Assembly (NCBI GenBank): GCA_040954595.2
Contig: CM082594.2
Location: 2,312,247 to 2,376,246 of the forward strand
DNA: 64,000 bases
Reading direction: 5' to 3'
Origin: Balanoglossus misakiensis
Taxonomy: Eukaryota > Animalia > Hemichordata
Positions 26,501 through 40,700 of this stretch are shown here, piece after piece (the stretch's first letter is position 1; every line of letters starts with the position of its first letter). The notes beneath the pieces were generated by a model. That model was not told the DNA's origin. It saw only the letters and a program-made list of their open reading frames with translations, and did no database searches. A program made the translations under genes and the position numbers.

Positions 26501-29500
26501 TCAAAGTTTATACAAAGTTTATATGCCCTCCTTATGTTTTCAACTCGACCTTTCAAATAGTCCAACATACCGCAAGCCACATTGAAACCATTTCAAAGTA
26601 CACTTTGAGCCATCATTTTCTGTCAGTTACAGGCCCAACAAATGAAATGAAATGTGATCAGCTCTCCATTTAGCAAGTGCTGTTGGAATGTTTGAGTGAA
26701 AATAGTTTGTGTTGTCCTATACTGATAGTTGCATAATCGGCAGTTGGCCAGTACCAGATCTGATTACCATGTTTACCAGTAATCAGCGGAGGGGGGAGGG
26801 TTGGTCATGAATTGTAATCTCTAAAAATACGTCATTTAGCCAATATGTTGTGTGTGTGTGCCTTGAAGCACCGTCCTGTCGCTACATTCATGAAACAGTT
26901 CAGGTGTCAATGACTGTCATTTTGTCAAATAGCGTTTCATTTGGTGACTTAATATTTGGGATAATTCCAAATTGACAATAACTAAGAAACATACATCGCA
27001 CATGTGTAAACTAAAAGATTTAAAAATAAGCTTTTGGTTGGAAATGTACAATAAATCCTCATGGTAGCAATCTTTCGGAATTTTAACCACGTGACGGACA
27101 CTTTGCATAAAAATGTATGCACACTTGGGTCTGGTAACAATTTTGTACAGATAATGTAGATGAATGGGACAAAATGCTTTGCATTTTAAGTGTTTGCCAT
27201 TCAGCATTGTTCCATCCAATTCAATGACAATGATTTAAATATCAATGGCCATTAATCATGTATCCGGCCCATTCACTACTTGAAATGAAAAAGCTTTTCT
27301 TCGCATTATTACAACACATTATATAAACATATTACAATGTTCATTCTAACTTGATCGTACTTGTTTGTGAATGTCATATAATGCGCATTTTAAATAAAAC
27401 GTTGTCATTTTCGATCCGACTTTCTCATCAACAGGTTCGTTGACAAAAGTCTTCTCTGTTCGAGATTCAGGTAAGGTGCAAGTGACTTATTCATATTTTG
27501 TACCAAGTTTTGTAGATTTAAAGTTAACCGTACACACGTTTTTTTGGACAGTATAGGGCGATAGTCAGTGGGAGACTTTTTCTGGTGCTTGTGCTGAACA
27601 CAGAAGCGCATCCAAAATCATGAGGCGGGTTGCAATAATACCTTCAAAACTCAGAAAGTAGTTCTCTCTCAAAACCAGGTGTTGAAGTAGAACTTCTTAA
27701 GACAAACTTGGAATCTTTGTTTTTCTCTCGGTAAATGAAACTTATTGTTTAGTATTTTGGGTGTACGTCTAAGAATATATTTGCCTAGGCGACCGTGGCT
27801 TGAAATGATTACCGAGTCAAACAAGGTCTTAGTGCCACTCCCAAATAGCCGACCGCACGCTTTATAAGCGTGAGTTTTTAATAAATGTGTGAAATATAAT
27901 TATTCCAACCCCACCGTTTTTGCTGGGGTAAATTAATCAAGGTACACCAAATATTCAGATTCGTACATATTAAAGTGGAACGACACCCTCAATTTTGGGC
28001 TTCAAAGTACAAACCGGGTGTCAAAAACGGCAACGTTCCGATGGGTTAATTCACTTTCACTTCCTGCGCAAGCAGAAGACGCGCGTTGAAAATACTACAG
28101 TGACGTCAGCAACTTACACGTTCGACGTGTCATTTCCAATAAACAGACACATTTTGCGCGGATCTGACATGGCGAAATGTCAAGTTCATGATTTTAAAAA
28201 CATATTCGGAAAATCGACGGGGATAAGTTTCTTTCAAAGGCAATGCTCTTCGTGTATTGTATTTGTCGATGCGTGCAGACATAGACCCTGCAATGTCCAT
28301 GATGCCATGCATGTCGACGTTTATGAACAAACCGTAAGGCCTATACGAAGTTGTTCTAACTGCCGCTGATAATAATAAACGTACCGTTTTAAATCCTTCC
28401 TGCACGTTTTTTGGTACACGTATTTGGGTTTAATTTCCATTTATTGACGATCGCATAGTTATCAAATGAAAGCAACTAAAAAGGGCAGTTTTAATACATT
28501 TCAAGAGACGAAACATGCATACAATAACTATAGTATTGGCTTCCATTATACTACGGACGTACTACACCTGGAGAGCAGGACGATGCACCTGCGTTCTTTT
28601 CAACTCCATAAAAGGTGACTAAGTATTTTTGTAAGAAAAGTGGTTCGAAAAGGTGACAACGAGGGAGAGACAACGAGGGAGGGTATTGTTTAATTGCAGC
28701 ATTGTCTGTTTCACCATAGACTCTAGGGTCTATGGTTTCACTGAAACCACACCAAGTGTAAGCCTTGACAAACGGGACACATCGGAGATCAGAACTGCAT
28801 GAACTTTTGTCCTCTGTAAAATTCAGTCGCTTGGTCGTAGAAGGGAATCTCTGGTTCAAAATTGTAGCCTACTACCCGAGAATATGTTGCCATGCTAACG
28901 TCGTCGGTCGCGTGAGTGCAGGCGTGTATAAGCATAAGCTCGCTCCAACGCGTCGGCAGCGGACAACGGTACGAGTTGCTGACGTCACTCACTTCCGGGT
29001 TCGCGCAGTTTTTGGCTGGCTGTAGCTCTGTTATGCGTAAGTGAAAGTGAATGAAACCAACGTTTTTCATAGTACTTTTTAATCGCATTTCGCAGAATTG
29101 GCTCAAAAACGGATCACAACGTTCCACTTTAAACAATGATACAGAAATGAAAACCAACCAATCACGAGAATGAAACAAAATATGTGAAGTGCAAAAGCTA
29201 CATATTCGTAATACAAATACCATTTTGATGAAAAAAATATTTCATTGTTAATTAATGTGTCATTCTGTCCATATTGTTTCTCTAGGACGATTTTTTTCAC
29301 CGTCATCGGCATTGCAACTGTTAGATTATCGGCCCCCAGTTTATCTCCAGCAAAGTAAAAAGCTGTCGTCATCATATTGTCCGTCACCAAGCCATATACA
29401 GTAAAGAAATAGGACAAAAATGTTCCTTGCCATTCTACGTGCTCAGGCAATCACCAAAGCCCCAGTGCTTGCAAGACATGGGAAGTTCGCAGCAGCCATG

Positions 29501-32500
29501 CAAATACCGCGATTCATCACTTCACAGGGCACAAATGATCGCACAGCACTGGCGCCATATATCCGGAAAATGAACGCGCCCGAACGTATGTACGACGTCT
29601 TTTCACAATACCGTCTCTGGCCCGTTGTAATACACTTGCAATTGAATTGCAAAGTTGAAATTACTAAGGACATTGTTCACAAGGCACTTGATAACCTACG
29701 TAAGAAACATAGTGCATTGAGTTCAAGAGTTATCGTTTTGCACGATGAAGACGGCAGAGAAACTGACAGGTGTTTCGCAGAGATGACAAACGGCGGAAGT
29801 GTTGATCTTCGTGTTTCAGGTCTAACCGTGAACGACGACGTGGGAACTGCCATTTCTCGATCTGGAAGCAATGCCATCAACCGCCTCCAAGGCCCTTTGT
29901 GGAACTGTACAATCTTACAAGGAGAGTGGACAAAGAATGACACTGGCGATCGTGAGTCGTACAAGGCTGCTGTGACGTTTCAGTTTCACCATTCACTTAC
30001 AGATGGTGTTGGTGCCAGTAGCTATGTGAATCAATTCGTGGAAAATCTGAATGACATTGTGGACGGATCCTTTGAGACAAACATTCAGCAAAGAATTCAG
30101 AGAGTACCGTTTCCTCGACCAGCTCAAGATTTGATTGCAACACCAGAGACTATAAGTGTAACTGAGAAAGACAACGATAAAATGCTGGTGGAATCGGCAC
30201 AACCATCAGGCTTTTCAGATATTTCTGATGATTATGACACGAATGTCGAAACAAAATGTATTACTTTTGAGATATCCGAGAATTTGCTATCAAAATTGAA
30301 GCAACTGACAAGACAACACAATGTTAATCTCAATTCAACATTATTAGCATTGTTTTTATCAGCTTTTGCTAAAATAGTTAATGATGGAAAACCCATGGAT
30401 GTTAAGTTGGATGTTGCCCGCACATTGCGAAAGCATTTCAAAGAAAATTTTACAGATTTGGGTCTTTACAACACTACAGAAAAATTGACAACAAATGTAA
30501 ATCAAGCCTCGATTGGGGATGAATATTTCTGGAAACTGGCAAGGCGACTTAAAGAAAATCTTGACGATAGAGTATCGGGTCCACCACCAATATCACAGTT
30601 AACAGAATTCCAGTATGACAGAACTAGGGAATTAATCCAGCTTGCTAAACAGCAAAACAATTCCATTAAAGATGTCTTATACATATCTAATGCAGGACAG
30701 CTTACTTTTCTGGAATGTCACAATGATCGCAAAGTCAGTGTTGAGAAAATCCATAGAGGGACGAGGGGTACACTCTTAGGCACTTGCGCGATAGGAATCG
30801 CAGGCTTAAGTGGCAAACTTATGGTGTCGTTACAATACGATACAAATAATGACATGCATAGACGTGGTACGGCAATGTTATACACAGAGGAAATTAAAAG
30901 GATGTTTGAAAGCATTTCATTAGTTTAAAAGGAAAAAGTCTTTCTCTCTCGCTGCCCCTTCCATTAATTATGTTTGATACTAGACACAGTTTGTTTAATG
31001 TACATGTGTATATGTATTGAATGATCGTTCAGCCATAAACAACTTCCATCCCGTTTGTTGACATGTGAGTAAACGACTTGCCAAAATGAATATTCGATCT
31101 CTACCATTTATTCATTTTTGCGAGTTTTTTATTCTCTTGTACTTTGCAGTACAAGATATATTGTTTCTATAAATGTGTCAATAAAACTGAAGAAAACCAG
31201 ACAACTGGCTGTATTGTGAGCTGTATAGACCAAACATGAGACTTAGTCGTTGTGAAAAGACTATTTGTGAAGTATGCATGCTAATGAATCATTTTCCAAA
31301 AACTCTCCTCATGATAATCAGAAATTCGTGATCATATTGTATTCGGTGAGTGACACTTTCTTTTTTGGCTAAATAGCGATTTTGATTATAGAAAAAATAC
31401 TTCTGTTAGACATTTTATTTTCATGGCAACATTTTCCGATAGACGTGAAGACCTCACGTAAATCACCCCAAAATTGGAATACGTGTGTATAACGGTTTTG
31501 TTTGAATTTAGAAAATGTTGTAAAATTCTGTAAATAAGGTTTTCGCCTTATTTAATTCCCAGAAACGTTTTTACAATGCAAATATTCTTGATATTTTAAT
31601 ATTATGAAATAGGTAAAATTATGGGTATAGAATCATATATGTTTACTTCAAGAAATGTGGATTGTATTTCTAATGGAAATGTTGTTTTAGAATATAACAA
31701 GGTGTAGATATCTTGACAAACATTATACTTCAGTGAACATTTTTACTCATGTATTTTTGATTTTAAAGTACATTATGCTTCTTATTAAACATTATACTTC
31801 AGTGAATATTTTTACTCATGTATTTTTGATTTTAAAGTACATTATGCTTCTTATTAAACATTATACTTCAGTGAATATTTTACTTCCTGATTGGTACTCA
31901 TGTATTTTTGATTTTAAATTTTGTATAATATAATAAATGTTATCAAATGCCTAGATTCACGTGCCCATGTAAAGTCTATGGGGAAAAGCGCCCTCACATC
32001 CGCGCAGTTTTTTTTTTTTTTTTGCTTATCACGCCCTGGGCCAGTGACCATATTTGGAAGACGTGTTCAATATCCGGATGTAGTTTTGTGTTTATTGCGC
32101 GAGATTCGAAAGTTGTCGTTGCTACGTTCTGATTTAAATTTTTCTGGTGCGATGTCAGTGACTAGTGTTGCACTTGCAGTGTGTGTACGTCCTATGGTGA
32201 TGCCACAACCGAATTCCATAATCTCCCCTAATCGCTGCTTGTTGTAGAGCTTTATTTGGAAATGTATCTTAGTAATATTGATGATTTGATCTGATTAATG
32301 TGTGACTGTCGGCATCGATCGTCGCAAGGAAAAAATAATACCTAGCTCGCGCGCAGCTGTGTGAGTTCGAGCGCGTCTATATCTCACGTGCAACAGAATG
32401 TAAACAAATGACATCATGCATATCAATCCGCAAGAACAGAAGGAATACGGCTCTATGCTGCGCGATTGATCATTTCAAAACAACAGTTAAACAAGTAATA

Positions 32501-35500
32501 TTTACATTCCAAAATATTACACAATGTGTATTTTATTAATTTCTTGTAGATCATCATTGTTCAATAAGGCATATGATAAAACCTTTACGGCCAAGATACG
32601 GGTTTGCGGCACCTTGGTCGTACGGCCATTCGGGCCCTCCCTGCCGTCGGGCGCTTCCACCGAGAGACCCCGGGCCCCAAAACCCGTATCTAGGCCATTA
32701 AGATTATACTCAGCTCTTTGTGGCTACTCAAAGAAATGGACGAATTAACATGCATGTAAACATTTTCTCATTGGCTCCATTTCAAGGAACTGGCCAATGA
32801 ATCTGCCTATACCTGCGAAATATACCACCACTTCTTCTGGCAATGCAGTAGCTGCATATTGTCATAAAGAGGACTGTGGTTTATGATAATGCAGGATTAT
32901 GACACTTAATCTGTGATGCAATGAAGAGGATTTTGCTTATTTGGAGGCAAAACATGCGGCTGTTAGTGTTACAATTACATTGGGTACAGTGGCTTCAGTG
33001 ACAATTCATCTGTCTTTGGGAATAATAGAATCTCACATTCCCAAGGGCCTGGGATCATTTTTCCCACACGAGTTGGGGATTTTCCCCGACGAGTGTGAGA
33101 AATATGATCCCAGGTCCTTGGTGTGTGACTGTGAGAAGCCAAAATTGCCTTAAAAACATTGAATAAATGACTCTGGAACTATCATCTGGCAAGTTCTAGT
33201 CTCTGTCTGTATAATACACATTGCGCCATTAGATAACATTTAGCGCGTGTTAATTAAAGAACGATTTCTCATCCAATCAGCGCTCGCTTTATATACAGCT
33301 GTCGAATCAGTGAGAGTGTGGGATCGATTTGTTCTCACACTCTGATCCCACACTCTCAGCATGCCAGGAGTGTGAGAGAGTGTATATTGTATTAATAATA
33401 TACACAGAATTGTAAACATTGTTCTATTTAAATATGACGGACTTTTTTATCTCCTGACAGATACTGACAGAAGTACTTGACAGTGTACAATACACGTCAT
33501 GATGCTAATAGTGAAGATTCTCCACACAAAACTTGTGTGCACCTTGGGCCATCTATTATTGAGACTGTCTCTACAACCAGCTGGCTGACCACACACATGA
33601 ACATATGAAAAGTTTTACCGAGTTGAAATTATCAGCAGAATCAAACCAAGGGACTGAGTTTAATGCAATGCAGGGCCGGGTTCATTGTGCACAGGGCCAG
33701 GTTTGTTGTGAGGCCGGTCATTACAGGGATTTGTGAACAATAAACAGTGCACAGTCGTGCTTTAAATTACGTTGGGTTATGCCATTAGCCTTGGGACATA
33801 GCAGTCAATACTATGATTGCCCCAGATAATTGACAGTCCACCTATCTGAAAAGTTCTCTGTCGCTGACAGCAGAGCTAAAAATGAGAGACAGAGCTCAAT
33901 GTGGCTTGCTGATGTCAATAGATAAACTCCCTGATCAGAAACATGACATATTCAAAATTCTTCAGTTTACTAGTGTCTATACATGTATATTCATCCAACT
34001 AGGAGACTAGTGATCAAATGATAGAAACACTAATTCATCTTGAAGTTTGAACAAGTAAAATGAGAAGCTGGTCAGCAAAGTCCGATATTAAAATCGGTAC
34101 AAAGATCCTAAGGCTGACAATCGTCTTATGCGCATGTGTGTACTTTTGTGTGTAAAACATTACGTCCAATCCAAATGTTCTGCAAATTTTATGTTAGACA
34201 CATTCAAATAGTGGACTGCCCTGTCTTTTCCCAATCTCCGACACAGACTATGGTTGTCAGTATCTTGTCTGTTGTTAAGACAGCACACTGCTTTATGGTA
34301 TTGACTGTATACAATTTTTATAACCAGAGTCTTAGATTTGGCAACATGTGTTGCCCTTTGAAAACCACACAAGAGAAACATTTCACAGTATTCAAATGCA
34401 ACATGATTTCATCAATTGTTTCCAAGATGTTCATGAGAAGAAACTTCTGTATAAAATAATAATGACTACATTCTGATAGATGCGTAAAATCCTTACCTTA
34501 ACAACAGTTTGAACCTCCAACATGTCCTTGGAAATTTGACACAGTATGATATTCCGGGCTTTAATGTAAGCAAAGATGGCACTATTTTGTAGCTCAGCAT
34601 ACCCATAGGATCTGTGGCCACCACCACATTGGATTTGGAGTAATTTCTCATTGCGATGTACACTCCACACCACAAAACTTGTCTACAAAAAATATAGCAT
34701 ACGATAACAAGTTAATACAATTATATAATAGAAATTAATCTTGAGCATTTCTGCCATTATTACTCATTTAGGTCCAAACTTTCCCTTTGTTTTGTCTTTA
34801 AGGATGTACGTTCGTCAAAATTGAAAGTATTGTCATTTCTTTTAATTGTTGATTTTTTGATTATCCTGTATGTGTATGTATAATGAAAATCTGTGATAAA
34901 ATAGGGGTCACTGCGCTTGTTTTTGAAATACATAGCCATGAATTTAGTCGATAATAGAAGAAAACTCCTAACTCAGCATTTTTGGTTTGTCTATATGCAA
35001 ATATTTTAACAAAATTTATCTTAAAATAGAGTGTGGTGCACTCCTCAGCTTCTGGTCATTGTTCGAACTCAAACTCTTATACTTTTTGTAGCCTCTTCAA
35101 TTCTTTTATTGGTATCAAATTATCATGTTTACTTGTAACCAGATCGGGTATATGACTCTAGAAGGTTTTAACACTAATACTACAACTGGAGTTCTTTCAT
35201 TTCCAAATTACAACCAAAAATCTGCCAGAAAGTGACCCCAAATCAGGATCAAATCAAGAGCACTATGCAGTTCAAGAGATCCCCTCTCTGAACATCTGAC
35301 CATAATGGGGGACCTACATGTACTGATCAAATATCACAAATGCTTATTTGAACAGCAAAAGAGGAAGTGCCAAAATACGCTCAAACTGGCAACAATACAA
35401 TCTAGAATAGTACACTCAAAACTAACCAAAATATTAGTTATAGGCACCATCAATGAGAAAGTGTTGTAGAACAATGCTCAATTGAAGTATCTCTGCCATT

Positions 35501-37686
35501 TCAATTGATAGTTTCAGCCATGATCTCGACAAAATACATCAAATGTCCTAGCCTCCAAATGACCTCTCCTCAGCCATATCAGCTTATAACCAACACGTCA
35601 GTGAAGTTCTTCAAGCCCACGCACCACTTCAAAAGCGTACAGTGATCATACGTCCAGGTACCAAATGGTATACTCATGAAATCGACATTGCAAAAAAGAA
35701 TAGACGGAAGGCTGAACATCTGTGGCGAAAAACTAAGCTGGAGATTCATCGTGAGATATATCAACATGAGTGCAGAAATGTCAATCACTTAATCAGAGCT
35801 GCCAAAAAGTCATACTTCTCACATCAAATTGAGGAAAAGTATGGTAACCAGAAGTCACTATTTCAAATCATATCAACCCTGGCTGGCAAGCAACAAGAAA
35901 AGACTCTACCTGACCATACTGCGAAAATAGACTTAGCAGAGAAATTCAGTAAATATTTCATCACTAAAATCATATCTATCCGTTCCAGCCTTGACATGGT
36001 AAACCCTACTTCAAAAGATTACCAATTTCTGCACGCAGCAGTCTCATCAACACTTCCTGAATTCCACACAGCTAAAGACGAAGAAATCAGCAAAGTTATC
36101 TCTGGCTCTCCATCTAAAACATGTGTACTTGATCCCATCTCTACAGCACTTGTTAAACAATGTCTTGGTAATCTGCTCACTATCATATCCAAAATCATCA
36201 ATTTGTCACTCAAAACTGGAACTGTTCCTGAATAACTTAAAATAGCAGTCATCACACCAATATACTCAAGAAACCTTCGCTCGACAAAAACATTTTCAAG
36301 AACTATAGACCCGTTTCAAACCTAACCTTCCTGTCAAAAGTAATCGGGAAGATTGTAGCACAACAATTGACATCATATTTGACTACCAACTCACTACAAG
36401 AACCACTGCAGTCAGCGTACCGAAAGGATCACAGTACCGAAACAGCACTTACTAAAGTCAACAACGATATTTGTATGGCACTGGATGCCGGTAAATGTGT
36501 ACTCATGGTTCTCCTCGATCTCTCCTCTGTGTTTGATACCATAGATCACGACATACTCATCTCAAGGTTATCAAAACTGGGCATCACCAACATCCCACTA
36601 CAATGGTTCTCATTATAGCAGTTTGTATGGCACAATGTCAGAATCTCAATATCTACAATATGGAGTACCACACGGTTCAGTGCTTGGCCCACTTTTGTTC
36701 TGCATCTACATCCAACCACTTGCTTAACTTATTTGTCACCACAACATCAATTTTCACCAATATGCCGATGACAACCAACTATACCAATATTTCTTCCAGT
36801 CAGACACCAAGTACATTAGACAAGATGGAAAGGGCAATTCACGAAATAAAAACCTGGATGACACATAATAAACTTCAACTCAATGGTGGCAAACCCGAGG
36901 TACTCCTGATAAGGTCTCAGTTCAACCGCTCGCCTCGTTCCATAAACCACATGAGCATTGGATCATGTTGTGTTCAAATTGTGAATTCTGCACAGAATAT
37001 TGGTGTGACATTCGACGACAATTACACTTTCAATAAGCACATTAATGCAATTTGCAAGTCAATTTTCTTCCATCTGCGTCAAATCAGCCACATTCGCCGT
37101 TACCTCACTGAGGAAGTTTGTCAGATGCTGGTTCACGCTCTAATCACATCAAAACTGGACTACTGTAATGCACTACTCTGTGGTTTACCATCATCATGCA
37201 TTCAACCGCTACAGCATGCCCTGAATTCTGCAGCCAGGATCGTTTCTCGTACCCGTAAAGCGGATCATATTACTCGTGTTCTCATGGATTTACATTGGTT
37301 GCCTCTACACTATAGAATCCAATACAAGATCTTGCTTATGACATATAAGGCATTAAACAACACAGCACCAGCTTACATCTCTGACTTAATCCATCTGAAA
37401 ACTTCAACAAGACTTCTTCGTTCAAATGACAAATTTCTACTTCATGTACCATGGAGTAAGAAGAAAACGTACGGCGATCGTGCTTTTTCGTATATCGCCC
37501 CACTCATTTGGAACAGTGTCCCAATAGAAGTATGCCAGTCACCTAGCCTTGACAGTTTCAAGAAAATTAACACATCAAGACCTATCTGTTTACCAGAGCC
37601 TATTAACAGTAACTTTACATTGGTTTTTTGACATTGTAAAGCGCTATAGAACACTTTTGCAGTGGAGTTTGGCGCTCTATAAGTCC

Positions 37687-37729
<43 letters not shown>

Positions 37730-40700
37730 CAATGCATTTTGTCATATCAATTTCTGATTTTTTCTATACTCACAGTGTGAAAACCCTGAATACACACATC
37801 ACCAGTTTCTGCAAATGATAGTTTCTCCAGCCATTGAAAGCCTTTACAAACCTGCAAAGTAAGAATACAATTGTAAACTTGGTAAAAGCAAAACTGGTGG
37901 CAGTGAATATTTCAGTTTTCATTCAGTAATTATGAAGTATAGCACTTTGTTTCACTGTTGTAGTACCAAGTAAGAGTTCACATGACACTTTTTATTTTAA
38001 AGGTATACAGTCACCTCCAATTTACATACGCCCATATATGGCTGAAATATGGTATTTCAGCGTTCTAAAGAACATATGGCGGCCCTCTTTTTTTTCGCAT
38101 GTGCCACCCACTGAGAATCCAAGTTCTCAGTGGGAGATAAGGGATATGATTATCAAGTGCAGAATGCTAATTAGAGAATAATGAACGCCCCAAAGACCCA
38201 TAATGGACGAAAGCACACATTGTGCGTCATAATGTATGAGGCGAAGCCGAGTATATTATGACGCACAATGCCTGCTTTTGTCCATTATGGGTCTTCGGGG
38301 CGTTCATTATTCTCATTATTTTATAGTTTTGTCAATGCCAGTGAATTTGCAGTCTTCAAAAAGTATAGGTGCCAACAATTCAGACTCGGACATGGAGATC
38401 GAGAACAGAGCAATGGCGTACGCGTAAACAAAAGGTCACCTGATCGTGGTGTGTCAGTGTACTGTACATTTCTAGTATCATATTAAAACATCAGGAAATA
38501 AATAATGAAGGTTTATTAACGCATGTGAAAATTCATTTAAGGGTTCTGCTGAAATATATCTGAAAAAGTTTCGATTTTTGTGTAATCTTGGTGAGGACTT
38601 GGGGAATATTTGAATTTGTTTGCGTTCTCAGGAAAGTTCACGTATACGGGCGCTCCGAAGGTTGCAATACATAAACAAACTCGCCCTCGATCGATCCCTC
38701 CGTACCGCGTAGACAACATGACAGTGACAATTGCGGCTTAATTTTTTTACGTATAGCTTCGTTGACATGACTGCTTGGTACATGGTATGGTGAACGAATG
38801 TCAAATCCAGCATCATCGAGAGGTTTGCTTTACGTGCGTGAGCGAGCCATGTTGACTGCGCGTGATTCAAGAACAGACGACATGTACCGACGCAGTAGGA
38901 AGAAAAAAAAAAACAAATCGCCAGTCGAGGTCAGGTTTGGAAATTAATAAATATCGCCGTATTTATTCTGTTTATGTTTGCATTTCTTTTTTTACCCCTT
39001 AAAATGTTCGCATTGTTTGAAATCCTCCATAATGTATGAGGCGAAGCCGAGTATAATATGACGCACAATGCGTGCTTTCGTCCATTATGGGTCTTCGGGG
39101 CGTTCATTATTCTCATGAATGTCAAATCCAGCATCATCGAGAGGTTTGCTTTATGTGCGTGAGCGAGCCATGTTGACTGCGCGTGATTCAAGAGCAGACG
39201 ACATGTACCGACGCAGTAGGAAGAAAAAAATAAACAAATCGCCAGTCGAGGTCAGGTTTGGAAATTAATAAATATCGCCGTATTTATTCTGTTTATGTTT
39301 GCATTTCTTTTTTTACCCCTTAAAATGTTCGCATTGTTTGAAATCCTCCGTTATTCAGTCGGAAATTGTACACGTCCACTGGTTCTTGGGCGCGTCGCGC
39401 GTCCATCGAATAACACGATACATTATCAGTAATAATGTATAGCTATGACGTCACAAAATTCACTGGTATTGATAAAGCTATAATATAATATCTGATAAAA
39501 GTAAATACTAACAGAATTTGCCAAGTAATTTAACAGTAGCCAGCACTTATGCAATGCTTAACCATATGTAAACTGTAAAATAAATTTCAAAAACCAAACA
39601 AGGTGACCATGTTCTGTAATACTGTAGTATAACTTTACCTTAGATGAATTCAAAAGATGCAGTTGGTTGTCCAGGTAATTGTATTGTTTATAGGTTCCAT
39701 CCTTACCAGCAGAGTAGATGAAATCACCATGACAACAAATATCGGTAACTCCTCCTTTTCCATGAATGGCCACATGACTTTGTAATGGACCAAATGCCTA
39801 AAGTGGTCAAGAAACAATCAGAGATCACCTGGTGTGTGTGAGTGTGTGTGTGAGTGTGTGTGTGTGTGGGGGGTGGGGGGGGGGTGGGCACTAAAATAAC
39901 GGCCTTGTGGCCATATCAAATAATATCACAAAATGTGTTAATATGAATATGTTGTCCTTATTCTAAATTTGAATAATAACTCCAGATAAGAAAAAAAAGG
40001 CTACAAAATGGCCATCTGGCAGCCATGTTGAATTGTATGGTAATTAATCAAGTAATTGAAAATGCCTACACTGTAAACTGGAAAATTTTCGCGATATCAA
40101 AACAGACACTGTTACGTGATGATTAATTTTCGCGTTTTCATATTTCGCGACTGTTTGTTTTCATGTTTGTTTGACTCTCGCAAAGCTCACGAAAATTTAT
40201 TCTTCGCGAAAAATTTGGGCTCTCGCAATCAAAACACTATAAAATACGCCCATACACTCTTTAATTATTTAAGACATAACCGTTATAGTGTGAACATGTT
40301 TTAGTAAAACAGACAAAAACTGTAGAAGCTAATTAAGATTCAAACTCCAAGACGATGTAAAAAACATGAACGGGAGATAAAGGCAGTTTATCACATTTCA
40401 TCACATATGCATGCCTACATGAACTTAAATCGCTGTGTCCCTCTTGTGGCATTTTTCTGAAATTTCAAGTGTCAAGCCAAGACTGCCAATGATTGAAAAA
40501 GTCAACAACAACAATATTGTACTCGCAGAGCCAACGAACAGACATATATACGTGAAGTACATTCACTGGGTCACCGGGCAGACATAAATGAATAAATTGC
40601 ATGCATATATGTACAGTATATGAGAGATTGAAACTTGATAGAACAGACACTTACCTGATCACTTGCTGTGATTTTGGATTGAAAGAGATGTACACTCCCT

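Larger units (their letters stand above)
22781..32685 (+). repeat. Tandem segmental duplication, unit 2 (with Helentron-like and Kolobok-type insertions)
   Basis: Colinear with 16133-22780. Confidence 0.92.

Noticed and set aside
31718-31920. Regularly spaced repeats resembling a CRISPR array
   Set aside because: The units are contiguous with no unique spacers, the context is eukaryotic and there are no cas genes; it is a minisatellite.
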